Assembly: GCA_051599415.1 (NCBI GenBank)
Contig: AP039693.1
Span: 558,001-622,000, forward strand
Length of the DNA stretch: 64,000 bases
Origin: Savitreella phatthalungensis
Lineage: Eukaryota
Direction: 5' to 3'
Shown: in pieces, positions 44,601-53,699 of the stretch
Layout: each line of letters begins with the position of its first letter
Numbering within the stretch: the first letter of the stretch is position 1
Program-made: the position numbers and the translations under genes
Notes under the pieces: generated by a model
What the model saw: the letters and a program-made list of their open reading frames with translations, nothing else
Told to the model about the DNA's origin: nothing
Database searches by the model: none

Positions 44601-47600
44601 CGCAGTCTTCCAGATACTTGCGGAATGCGAAGTTCGGATTGAGCACAGTGACGAAATCATAACCTTTTGGTATGTCTCCGGAGAACTCAGCGGCGTCAAT
44701 GAAGAGCTCGTACGGCGGAGCGATGACAAGTGATGATTCCCCTCTGAGACAGTAGACCGGCACACCTTGTCTGTTGATGCCAGCATGATAAAGACCACCA
44801 TATGGAGCATCTCGATGATCGATTCTCTCCAGAAGACGGGCGGCACTCTCGAGCTCGTCTTGAGCAGACAATTCATCCGCCATTTTGCGCATCGCAGGCA
44901 TGCTGCTCTGTAAAAGCTTCGGTAGCTCGGAGGCAACGCTATTGCCAGAAGTGTTGACATTGGAGACAAGCGAGACCGACTTGATTGTGGCGTTGGGCTC
45001 TTCGGTGGCGAGCTCGTAGAAGAAGCGAGTCATTTTTGCAACATTCGCCTCGAGGAAGTCATTGACATTCCGCATGAAGGGCTCCTTGAATAGAACATTG
45101 TTTGCAAGATTGGTGACGACTTTCGCGACCATGACGTAGTCGCGACTTCCTCCCATGGTGACAATGGCAGGCGAGACGAAGCGGAGGATGATGAGTGCGC
45201 CAACGGCCGTGTATCGCGCCTCGGGAAAGCGTCGTGCAACCAAGTCGGACAGAATGTGACATACTTCCTTCAGCGGCGCAGGTAATCTGGACGCGGATGA
45301 GCAAATCGAGTCGACGACAGCCTGCGAGATGCGCATGAGATTCTGCGCATTGTCTGCGAGTTCGGCTGCAGATTCGACTCGTGCCGGATCGAGGGTCAGG
45401 GACACTTTATCGAAAACAAATGCCGGTTCCAGCACCTTGCGAAGGTAGTCTTGTCCTACACGACGCGCATACGCGGCCCAGAGTTTGGTGGTAATGCAGT
45501 TCTGTCTGAGCAAGGAGCCTTCAGATGAGACTTTACTCACCTCGTATTCGATCATTGTGCTCAGGAGAAATCGGAGTCTACCGACGGAGTCGTATAGGGC
45601 TAGCAGAGGTTCAGGAGAATCACAGCCTTCTGCGACGACAATTGTGAGCTTACGACTGCCAGTGATGGTCGCTACCAGGCTGGAGAACTTGACGAGAGGA
45701 CTACTGTCGCGTGAGTAATCGAGTAGGACGGCGAGGAAAGTGGAACGGAGGGAAGTCTGGGCAGATAGGGCGAGGTCGAGGTAGAGTGGCATTGCAATAT
45801 CGGCATTTGCACGCAATGTGATGCACATCAGCCGATGCAGTGTCGCTCGTTTCTGCGAAAGTAGGGATTCGTTCATATCCGGGGCACGACTGTACCGTTC
45901 GGAAAGCTCAACACAGAATCGAATGAAGCTCTCGAGCTCAGCGACCTTGTCATTTGTGCGATCAACGCCGAATGGCGCATCTGCAAGACCAGCCAGGGAT
46001 CGCAGGCACTGCAGGTTGAGCTCGCGCAGGGCCAAATCTTGAGACTGGTATTCGGGTCTCTGGACCCATGACTGAAGGATTGCTCGCATCTCGCGCTTGA
46101 AATTGATTTCACTCTCGATACCGAGTGCGTAGCAATTCTGTGCAATGAGCTCGCAGACGCGAGCGAAGCGATGGCGCATGCGCGTTGCCGCCGTCAGCTC
46201 GCCGATTCGACGTATGTACATGGATACAAGGGATATGAGGGCACCAAGTGATGTATCCGCCAGGAAATCGCGTGTCTTGTCGAAGCGCTCAAGACAGCCA
46301 CGCAGCATTGTGACGAGCTGATCGACCACAGTCGTGTTGCGATCACGCATGATCATCACCCCGCGACCTAGAACGGTAGTGAGAATCGTCTGGAGCTCGG
46401 GAATGAGGACTGGCAGGAGCGCCGGATTCAAGTCATTGCTGACGATGTCAACGACAGCCTCGCGAGTGACCGCGCCGGCCAGCAGGATGTGGCTCAACAG
46501 ACCCTCCGTGAAGCTCTTCAACGGTCCGGGCACCGGCCGGCCGCGTGTGCGGAAATTGACGGAAGCAAGAAAGCCGGCACAGTGATGCCACATGATGCGA
46601 GAGTGCTGCGAGTATTCGAAAGCCGGCGGCTCTCCTTTTGCGATCGCGTGATTGTACTCCTGCTGTCGCGCATTACACATCGACCACTTCGAGAAGATGC
46701 TTACCCAAGCGGCACGCACGCCCGGCGTGAGCTCTGCCATGCGCAGAAGGCGACGCAGCTTCTTCTGTACGGCGTTGCGCCCTAGCAGTACAAAGTCCTC
46801 GCTGGCAATCGCCTCGTACATAGGACGATTTTCTGGCGCGGGGTAAGGTCCGGCTTGACGGCTGAGGTGGCGGGCTAGGCAGGCGCTTGCAGTGCAGACG
46901 CCCACATCAGCATGACACAAGAGAGTCAGGACGGCTACCTCGACAGCAGTCATCGTCGTGACGTGGTCAGCCAGGTCTTCGTCCCGTCCGAGCAAGTCTG
47001 AGAACTCTGCCAAGCATGCGAAACGCCGTTCGAGACAAGCGTCCACGAGGCGTACAAGCCCTCGAATCCTGGCTGGGGCGGCGCTGCCATCAACCAGCCT
47101 TTTCGTGAGGCTGACAATACTGGCGGACGACAAAGCTGACCATTCGATGATGCGCTCGTGGGTTCGCTCCTCGACGACGTTGAACGGCGTCTGTAGTGCG
47201 AGAAGAATGTCCTCGGCGCGACGCGAAGTTTCTGTATCTTCGAACCATAAACAATTGCCCAGAGCCGTGTTGAAGCTGTCTCGCTTGTGAAAGGGAACGA
47301 GATAGAGCATAGCTGGTTTGGCGCTCGCGAGACATAGAGCGGCGCGGACAAGCTGTGCGTCCGGCGACAATTCCTGATCTGCATAGACGCCTTCCTCCAG
47401 ACCTCCGAGTCTCTCGCGTTGGGAATGATGCCTTACAGCCGCCGCAACGAAGTTCTGTTCGAATGTATGCGCGGCACCAGCGATGAGCCGACTCAAGTCT
47501 GTCTTCCAGGGGCCGAACAACACCTCCTTTGTGCGGACCAATGATTCCATCGCGGCAAATAGGCTGACCTTGAGCGGCAGTGGCGCTTTCGGCTCCATTC

Positions 47601-48828
47601 CTGCGGCCAGGAGACTTTTCATGAGGTCACCCTCTCTGAGCTCATACAGAGCCATAAAGACGATATCAAGGTAGTGGGGTCGAGTGGACGCGAGCGAGTC
47701 TAAGAGGAGTTTACGGTGCTTGTCGCAGAACTCTGCGAGGAAAGTTTCATGCTGGTTGAGCAAAGCGCCAGTGTAGCTCGTGATTCCGAATACAAAAAGC
47801 GCTCCTATTGGCCTCGCCACAGCATTTTTCCGAAGCCATTGAAAGCTCAGTGGCTCGTCGTAGCTACGATTGACCCTCCTGATGCCATGAAGATATGCTG
47901 TGACGGTGAGCAGTCGTCGGAAAGTCTGCTTCGATGCCATCTCATCGACCAGATCGTACAATTCGTCAATACCATCAATCTCACTGGTCTTTTTGAGATC
48001 GGCAGGCTGCATACGCACCCAATTGGAGAATGCTGACGCAGCGCCGAAGCCGAAGACGTTCATCTGCTCATGCCGTACGTTCATTCTGGCGACCTCGAGT
48101 AGGAGCGAAACGAAGGGCTGTATCCGGTCATGCCATAGGGCGAAGGCCTGAATGACGTCGACGTCGAGATTCTGGCCTAGCATGTCTGAGAGAGGTGCCA
48201 CCAGACTGGCAGCTGCCTCACGACGCACCGCTCGTGAAGCAATGCCGAAGAAGAGATCCCAATTGGAGGCTGAAAGCATAGCGATGATGCGCATCGCGCC
48301 AGAGCGCATGCGTGTTCGCAAGTACTCTCGCGTCCGCGTGTCAGAGTCATGGGTGAGCTGGTCGACGAAGACGACGCGCGCAGAGACACGATAGAGTTCG
48401 TCGCAGCTTGCTATTCTGGCCTTTTCGCCTTGCTCGAGAGATCCTCCAGTGACGACAAGATAAGGTTTGGCGAGCTCGTAGAGGTCGCGTGCGAGGTCGT
48501 CAGGCAATCGATGCTTTTGCGCGAGGTCACAGTCGAACATGGACTGCGTGTCAGTACATGAGCGCGAACTCATGATACATTTCTGGATGAGATCTAGCAG
48601 GATGAGCTGCGAGCGCTCTAGCTCAACCCAGGGCTGTCCGTCTACCGGTGGCTTCGTCCTCCTCAGCTGTGCCATTGCGGCAACAAGAGAGTGGAGAGCA
48701 TGGTTGGGCGAGGTTCGAGCAAGTCGTATGAGGGTCAAATGCCGCGAGGTGGAGGATTCGTGCGTCTCTTCCAGCGCATTGACGGGAAGACCATCGACGA
48801 TGCGCCGAACTAGAGTCCGCACGACCAT
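41698..48828 (-). CDS. Neurofibromin/Ira-like Ras GTPase-activating protein, 2376 aa, intronless
   Basis: RasGAP core with Arg finger (SLLRQN), ILRFVSPAIV and AKVVTNLAN...FKEPFM; NF1-like LSASNW, GRNAVQKKLRRLLR and W...F.KW blocks; Sec14-PH-like region after the GAP. Confidence 0.9.
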   Translation of the reverse strand: MVVRTLVRRIVDGLPVNALEETHESSTSRHLTLIRLARTSPNHALHSLVAAMAQLRRTKPPVDGQPWVELERSQLILLDLIQKCIMSSRSCTDTQSMFDCDLAQKHRLPDDLARDLYELAKPYLVVTGGSLEQGEKARIASCDELYRVSARVVFVDQLTHDSDTRTREYLRTRMRSGAMRIIAMLSASNWDLFFGIASRAVRREAAASLVAPLSDMLGQNLDVDVIQAFALWHDRIQPFVSLLLEVARMNVRHEQMNVFGFGAASAFSNWVRMQPADLKKTSEIDGIDELYDLVDEMASKQTFRRLLTVTAYLHGIRRVNRSYDEPLSFQWLRKNAVARPIGALFVFGITSYTGALLNQHETFLAEFCDKHRKLLLDSLASTRPHYLDIVFMALYELREGDLMKSLLAAGMEPKAPLPLKVSLFAAMESLVRTKEVLFGPWKTDLSRLIAGAAHTFEQNFVAAAVRHHSQRERLGGLEEGVYADQELSPDAQLVRAALCLASAKPAMLYLVPFHKRDSFNTALGNCLWFEDTETSRRAEDILLALQTPFNVVEERTHERIIEWSALSSASIVSLTKRLVDGSAAPARIRGLVRLVDACLERRFACLAEFSDLLGRDEDLADHVTTMTAVEVAVLTLLCHADVGVCTASACLARHLSRQAGPYPAPENRPMYEAIASEDFVLLGRNAVQKKLRRLLRMAELTPGVRAAWVSIFSKWSMCNARQQEYNHAIAKGEPPAFEYSQHSRIMWHHCAGFLASVNFRTRGRPVPGPLKSFTEGLLSHILLAGAVTREAVVDIVSNDLNPALLPVLIPELQTILTTVLGRGVMIMRDRNTTVVDQLVTMLRGCLERFDKTRDFLADTSLGALISLVSMYIRRIGELTAATRMRHRFARVCELIAQNCYALGIESEINFKREMRAILQSWVQRPEYQSQDLALRELNLQCLRSLAGLADAPFGVDRTNDKVAELESFIRFCVELSERYSRAPDMNESLLSQKRATLHRLMCITLRANADIAMPLYLDLALSAQTSLRSTFLAVLLDYSRDSSPLVKFSSLVATITGSRKLTIVVAEGCDSPEPLLALYDSVGRLRFLLSTMIEYEVSKVSSEGSLLRQNCITTKLWAAYARRVGQDYLRKVLEPAFVFDKVSLTLDPARVESAAELADNAQNLMRISQAVVDSICSSASRLPAPLKEVCHILSDLVARRFPEARYTAVGALIILRFVSPAIVTMGGSRDYVMVAKVVTNLANNVLFKEPFMRNVNDFLEANVAKMTRFFYELATEEPNATIKSVSLVSNVNTSGNSVASELPKLLQSSMPAMRKMADELSAQDELESAARLLERIDHRDAPYGGLYHAGINRQGVPVYCLRGESSLVIAPPYELFIDAAEFSGDIPKGYDFVTVLNPNFAFRKYLEDCDHDVSKFRFTSSLHDLTVYYDYAKTSLPVRHVVPPEAPLQTFEDAVLVLGSQRINVSLRFTDEVLILVTQGRIDAGRFGNLTLFEAYRIDELLEVMLVRLPEGQLLFIRDQHRPTLQLQVKLADAFVATVRTLMEKRPLMRSRDPVDPPEISARLHHTALHNLSSLDAETRGLATQILDTLQQDGQLVTSRGHLPMLSAQHIEAYSNKSCRQAREVVSAFIRYSLASITRQTLVNASYAYLRPWLERLIQLEDAAAISAACRQFLVVTTVYLDVAEPLMTLWETFSIKTRGAHRLHSLLWESLWGFARMYAINTREVSAVSRVLRAIDSDVLIAELMTTFSLALDRSAAMEVEFDGRELLVVLQLCTETSYMSRTHSEDYLAELFYATIVLAGKLPGATEFTRQVCFNLAQNLQVDSIQPKFETAHQNLRPDRSYGHKLKFFNLLLEAMRSCLSRLDPTQWDRLSVMLAKTAATPSRAQGRAILAAGALARPQDVDRLLRELMNLLVDALADVRNPVYSSGIIFSAAFSFRDLVLHSEPGQLPLARLAVMALCLMQVHEDYVAIAALELFDACISRNPLVLNDVFDVEITCKDVMQELHDFGTHIGVRFGDRMPFAVAAMLLQGRFNSQDAALTRQVLISILTSISDTPNRRTSISPFLAMLLHMAKTRDEQETLLKLAGLEGVGPDEDVASAFFAHSEIPDNTHALLLLSLIASLFEVGDGCLHDYALMAEASAALPEVFPIIYVDLVPWLEDIIARSKNPELLALIDRIILTVVDDETYTRETSQRSRAQYLEDLGFTYLASVHPHHRGSRTAGSGSSMAIGGTSAAPMHDTSQPAQQGSMTAKADSAPSMTGSSTQSVHSGVGGSMRQPPIGSPQGASPFAFPSTSIVYRNDPSQAIALKKPANHRPMPSSTSTTNSQQPSAYAREQGTQTSPTVNDENGELYRMIAHISAKLLQADARSLPVQ

Positions 48829-51320
48829 GACTCTGTCACCAAGAAAGTGAGATGCTGGTTAAAATTAGACGGCCTTCAGGCAGCGCATGATTGCTACGTG
48901 ATCGACCGAGCTTCCCAAGTGTCGCGCTCGAACAGTGTCTGCAAGAATGTACAGAGCCTTCTGATCGGAAAAGGCAAGAACGTTAAAGGAGCGTGCCTGT
49001 CGATATAAGCAACGTTGCTGCTCGTTGAAGAGACACGCGCAATCGTATCTGCCTTTGCTACTCTTAATGCTTCTCGTGATCTTCTGCGTTCGATCGTCAG
49101 GAGGGCGGCGATTTTGTGGTCTGAGGTAGACAAGAATTGACCAGAGATGAGAACGGGCGATTTGCACTTCGTTTCCTCGTCCCGAAAAACCGTTTCAAGT
49201 AATCAGACTCGACTGATGACAATGACTGTCGGTGAGCGTACCGAGGACCTGGGTGCAGCCTTTTGGTTACAACGGAAATCGGCAGGTGAGGAGGATTTCG
49301 AATGGTCCTCAGCACTGTTGTGTATCCTCACTAGCCCGAGTTCGTGGTCGGCGGGAGTATCTTTCAAAGTCCATGCATGGAGGCATACTTGATGGACCCG
49401 TTCTCGAAGGGAAAAGGGAGGCCGATCATGAGTTGGGTTCGGGCCGGCTCTGCTAGATCCCTTTGGTTTCTGGCTGCGAATCGATTGTACCGCGCCGCTG
49501 GATATGAACGTCAAGGCAGGGTCAATTGTGAAAGCGTCTTGACAGGCTGTACCAAACAAGAAACAGCTTAATTCCGTCCGAGAGGCAAGACAAGCGAGCA
49601 CGGGACTGTGTAGAAAGGGTAGACTGGAGTACAAGGGTTGATGGAGCTGGAGACAGTTCAAGCACAAGCCGTGAAGACGGCTAGAGCCTGATTGATGCAG
49701 GCCCAATGGACAAAGCGGCCTAAAAAACTGTAGCGTCAACCGAAGGGAGGAATGCAGTTGTGGCGCCTTCACAATGATCAGGGTAAAGTAGAGTGTGAGC
49801 GAATTCTGAGCTGTTCAGGCTCGTAGTCTCTCGGGTTTTTAAATGAGACGTTGAAACTGTGATCGGTCGATTGAATTCAGTCAACTAGCGGGATAAATTT
49901 CAATGATGTCCAAATGCCATGAGGTCTAGGATGTATCTGGTGAGAGTATAATGAAGATATGCGATCGATGAAGCAAAGGAGAAGGCCAGATCCAGATCAC
50001 CGGATATGAACCCGATGATGCACACTCAGCAGGAACTCTTCATTCGAGGAACGACATTCTGTAGTGTTGAAGCCCTCAAAGTTTCCTGACAGAAAGCCTT
50101 CTCTTGAATATGATAGCGAATCAGTGCATCCGCGCATGAAGAGTATCTGAGCAGGGTGTTCGCTTGCCAACACTAAGCATTGGCAGAGACATTACACCGG
50201 CTGGTCACCTTAGAGTCAGATCTAGACATTTATGAATGAAGCCGTTGATGAGTGATTCTCATCCAGAGCTTTGTCGGTAGGAAGAAAGGACGTGGTTTTC
50301 TGGTTTATCTTGAAATCAAGCGCCGGGTCGAGCAGCGCCCGTCGATGGTCGGTGGGCTTTCAGACGTATCGCACTTGCGTGCGTGCGTCAGGTCAAAGAA
50401 TGAGTCCTCGTGGCGTTGTGCTGCCAGACGAGAACTGAGATTGAGAACGAAGGATGTGGGATGGGTACTCCAGTATTGAGCGCTGATCTGAAACAAGCTG
50501 CTCACCTAGCTTGAATAGCTATCATGTTCGGCTTTCTGCGTGGTTGATTTAGTTGGTCTGATTCACAGTTATACTGTATATGTATGTACATATATACGTA
50601 CATATGCACTTTTACGAATATCGATATATAGCTAGACAACGCTTTGTAGATAGAAAGTGCATCTGACTAGCTTGTACCTGTGTGTTAAATGAAAGACTCT
50701 CCCCGAGAACCACTCCGAAATTGCTTCATTCAACTTGGGGAGAATCTGTAGGCGTAGGATGTCCATCAAAGGTCGCCAAAGGTGTGACCAGTGAGTGACC
50801 TTCTTTGAGTTTGGAAATGATGGATCGACGAATGCCTCGCACGCGACAAGCGAGTACCCTGGCAATGATGTCTGACCCTTTGTGAATCGTCAAAGCATTG
50901 ATCGAGCTCAGTTTCCACTCCCCTTCCAGGTATTGCGAGGAGCTCCACGTGAGATAGCTGAACGCTGCGTTGAGGCTCTAGATCAATGCATGTCTACTTC
51001 ATCACAGATCAATACCATCACTCGACAGATCATCATCGTAAGTACTCGGGTGTAGACGTTGGTTACTCGCATACACCATTTCTTTGAGTTTCCAGATTCT
51101 CTATAGAAATCTCCGGCATGAATTGTGTTCCATGGTATCGGGTTTAAGCAATCGTTGAAATCTCCGGTCGTGACCATTTAAATTAGCCAGAACTCCATGT
51201 CGACCACTTTTTATAGAGACATATAGACCTCGAGAGCTAGATCACTATCGAGCTACAGACTGACCTGTCCTACTCGTGCGCCATGTACTGCATGTAACGT
51301 TGCCATGGTTTTGAAATGTG

Positions 51321-51375
51321 AATTGAATTGAATTGACTTGACTTGACTTGAATTGAATTGAATTGAATTGAATTG
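51321..51375. repeat. Compound pentamer microsatellite (AATTG)3(ACTTG)3(AATTG)5
   Basis: Read directly. Confidence 0.9.
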
Positions 51376-51840
51376 AAATGGAAATGGGCATCTTTCAGGT
51401 CTCTCATTCATTTGACCAGCGGAATTATCTCGAAAGGGTTCGCATACATGTGTGAGCTTGAGCATATTCTAGCCAGCAGCTAGGCTTCGATGTCCGGAAT
51501 TTGTCCGACCTCACTTTGACATGTCGCTATCAGCGGTCTACCCGTACTACTGGTAAGACCTGTCCCTGAAAGTGACTTGCTCGTCGGCGATGTGATCGAA
51601 TGTGGTAGCAACGACGAAAGTGCTCGAACGCAAGCCTATGAGTACCAGGTTTCCACGGCACGTCGTCATATACCGCACGTCGGACGGCCGAAGCTTCGGC
51701 AAATTCGGCACCGCATATGCGTGGCAAGGGCACCACCTCAACAAAGAGTCTTGTAGCTGTCATACCTAGCTCGATCCCTCAAAAAAAAAAAGTTTACTTT
51801 GGTGTGCTGGCTGATCTGACACGTGATTGTATGCCCAACT

Positions 51841-53106
51841 TCACTCATCGCCAGCTCGCTTGGCCGCTTGCCACAGCGAGTAAGGAGAAGCATCATACTT
51901 GGAAAGGGCTTCGCGTACCTCAGCCTCTGTCTCTGCCTTCTTGAAGATAAAGTTGCGATACAGGCGCCCTGGCAGATCACCTTCCCATACACATGTACAT
52001 CTATTGCGAGAGAAATCGTCGTCTGCGTGAGTGCCTGCTCGTGGAGCCTCTGTCCAAGTGATCCGCGATTCGACAAGGTGTTTGTAGAACTTGATCGCTT
52101 TTGCGCCACCTTCAGCATAGACAAGATTGAAGCGCGGATTTAATAGCACGACACCTGTGATGGCACACTGATTGGCGTTGTCTTCGAGCCGGCGTCGATG
52201 GTATCCGTTCGCCATATTGTCGACCCGCCAAGCACAGCAGCGTATTCCACGCGCGGCATCTTCTTCCAGCTGCTGTCTCGCTTTTGCCTGCTTCTCCTCA
52301 TGAGACAGTGCGCGCTCGGCGTTGTTGCGCTCGTGTGTATCTCGCCGCTCCTTCACCTGGGCCAAGATAGCCTTCTCGACCTTGGTTGGATCTTGAACTG
52401 CTGCATCTCCGACAACCCGCATCATATTGGACAATTTGACTTTCGGTGCATCTGGCTCCATCAGACCGAGGCGTTGCTTGTCTTGCTTGTCCTTCATATT
52501 CGCGGCTCGCTCCTGTCGTCGGAGCTTCTTCTGCTCTGTGCGTGTGTACTTGACCACCACGGGGACGACCTCGATCTCGTCGAAGATAGGTACAGGATGT
52601 TGGACTGCACGCGTGACAGCCGTGCCTGCATCACCTAGGATCCGATCGAGCTCATCCTTGTGCTTTGGATATGCTTCGCCGACAAGTGGCTTGTCCCACC
52701 ACTCGACGTCTGGTGGCGGCGGCGGTTGGAGCTGTCGCCCGGACAAATTCAGATCATCTTCAATGCCAGCCTTCCTCGCGCCAACACTGATTCGCGCTCG
52801 CAGCTGACGAGCGCGTTCTTCCTCTCGCTTGCGTTCCGCCAACTCGACAAACTTGCCTCGATCGTTGAATTGGAACGCACGTCTACCGCGTCCACGACCG
52901 CGGCCACCATGACCTGCGAGGGTAGGATCAAAGTACGGATTTACACGCTCGGCTGGCTCTGCCTTCCCAGGTTCTCGAAGCGCAGGATGTAGCTCCACTC
53001 TGAGACCAGGAGACGGTGCATCCTGCGTAGCAGCATCAAGCTTTGCGCGCTTCTGCGCTAACTTTGCTCGTGCTGCGGCGGCCACATCAGCCGGTCTTTT
53101 CGACAT
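51841..53106 (-). CDS. PRP3: U4/U6 snRNP splicing factor Prp3
   Basis: First ATG at 53106. NPYFDP, PDVEWWD, VQHPVPI, EQKKLRRQ.R...LGL...PKVKLSNMMRV, DPTKVE, EGGAKAIKFY and C.CVWEG. Confidence 0.95.
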   Translation of the reverse strand: MSKRPADVAAAARAKLAQKRAKLDAATQDAPSPGLRVELHPALREPGKAEPAERVNPYFDPTLAGHGGRGRGRGRRAFQFNDRGKFVELAERKREEERARQLRARISVGARKAGIEDDLNLSGRQLQPPPPPDVEWWDKPLVGEAYPKHKDELDRILGDAGTAVTRAVQHPVPIFDEIEVVPVVVKYTRTEQKKLRRQERAANMKDKQDKQRLGLMEPDAPKVKLSNMMRVVGDAAVQDPTKVEKAILAQVKERRDTHERNNAERALSHEEKQAKARQQLEEDAARGIRCCAWRVDNMANGYHRRRLEDNANQCAITGVVLLNPRFNLVYAEGGAKAIKFYKHLVESRITWTEAPRAGTHADDDFSRNRCTCVWEGDLPGRLYRNFIFKKAETEAEVREALSKYDASPYSLWQAAKRAGDE

Positions 53107-53699
53107 GGGCGAGCCCACAGTCAATCTCTCGACTCTCTATGAGACAGGATCTGGAGCATGAGGCTGTCTCGATCTGTAGAGAGGTCCGATGTGCCTCTTA
53201 ACGTTATTGAGCGTGCATCTGTCAAGCAGAGTCTCTTGTCCTGTGAACCCGTGGACCTCGACTAGAGTATAGTGCACTGTGTGGTGTGTTCATGAGAATG
53301 CATCCTGAGTGATCTATTGGCAAGGAAAGAGTTTGTGGCACACATACAGTTTTCAGCCACAAGTTATGGCTTTATGTCCATCACCCGTGCACACTGTGCG
53401 TGCACATGCACAACTGAAATGAACAATTTAAACGACAGCTTCAAAGAATGATCAGGATCAGGTACGCTGAACTCCAGAGGACAGGCTAGCTTTCATTCAA
53501 GACCCAGCCAACGACACGGCAGCTCTTCTAGTCATCCATTGGGAGAGGAAGTGAGACATAACCACGATCGGCTTCAGACCTCAGACTTTGGGCTGGACCT
53601 GTGACTCCCGAAGCACAGCAGTCTCCTGCTTACCAGCGATAGCACGCATAGGCAGTTGGCACGTTGCATTGTAGCTGAGCGGGGAACCTTCGTCCAATA

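Noticed and set aside
51140..51177. 'TGDFND' resembling the GDFN motif of LINE APE endonucleases
   Set aside because: It is an isolated 4-residue match with no other endonuclease or reverse-transcriptase motifs nearby.
51480..51780. RNase P/MRP RNA candidate (GGTAAGACCTG and GGCAAATTCGG resemble CR-I)
   Set aside because: No complementary CR-V segment able to form helix P4 was found.
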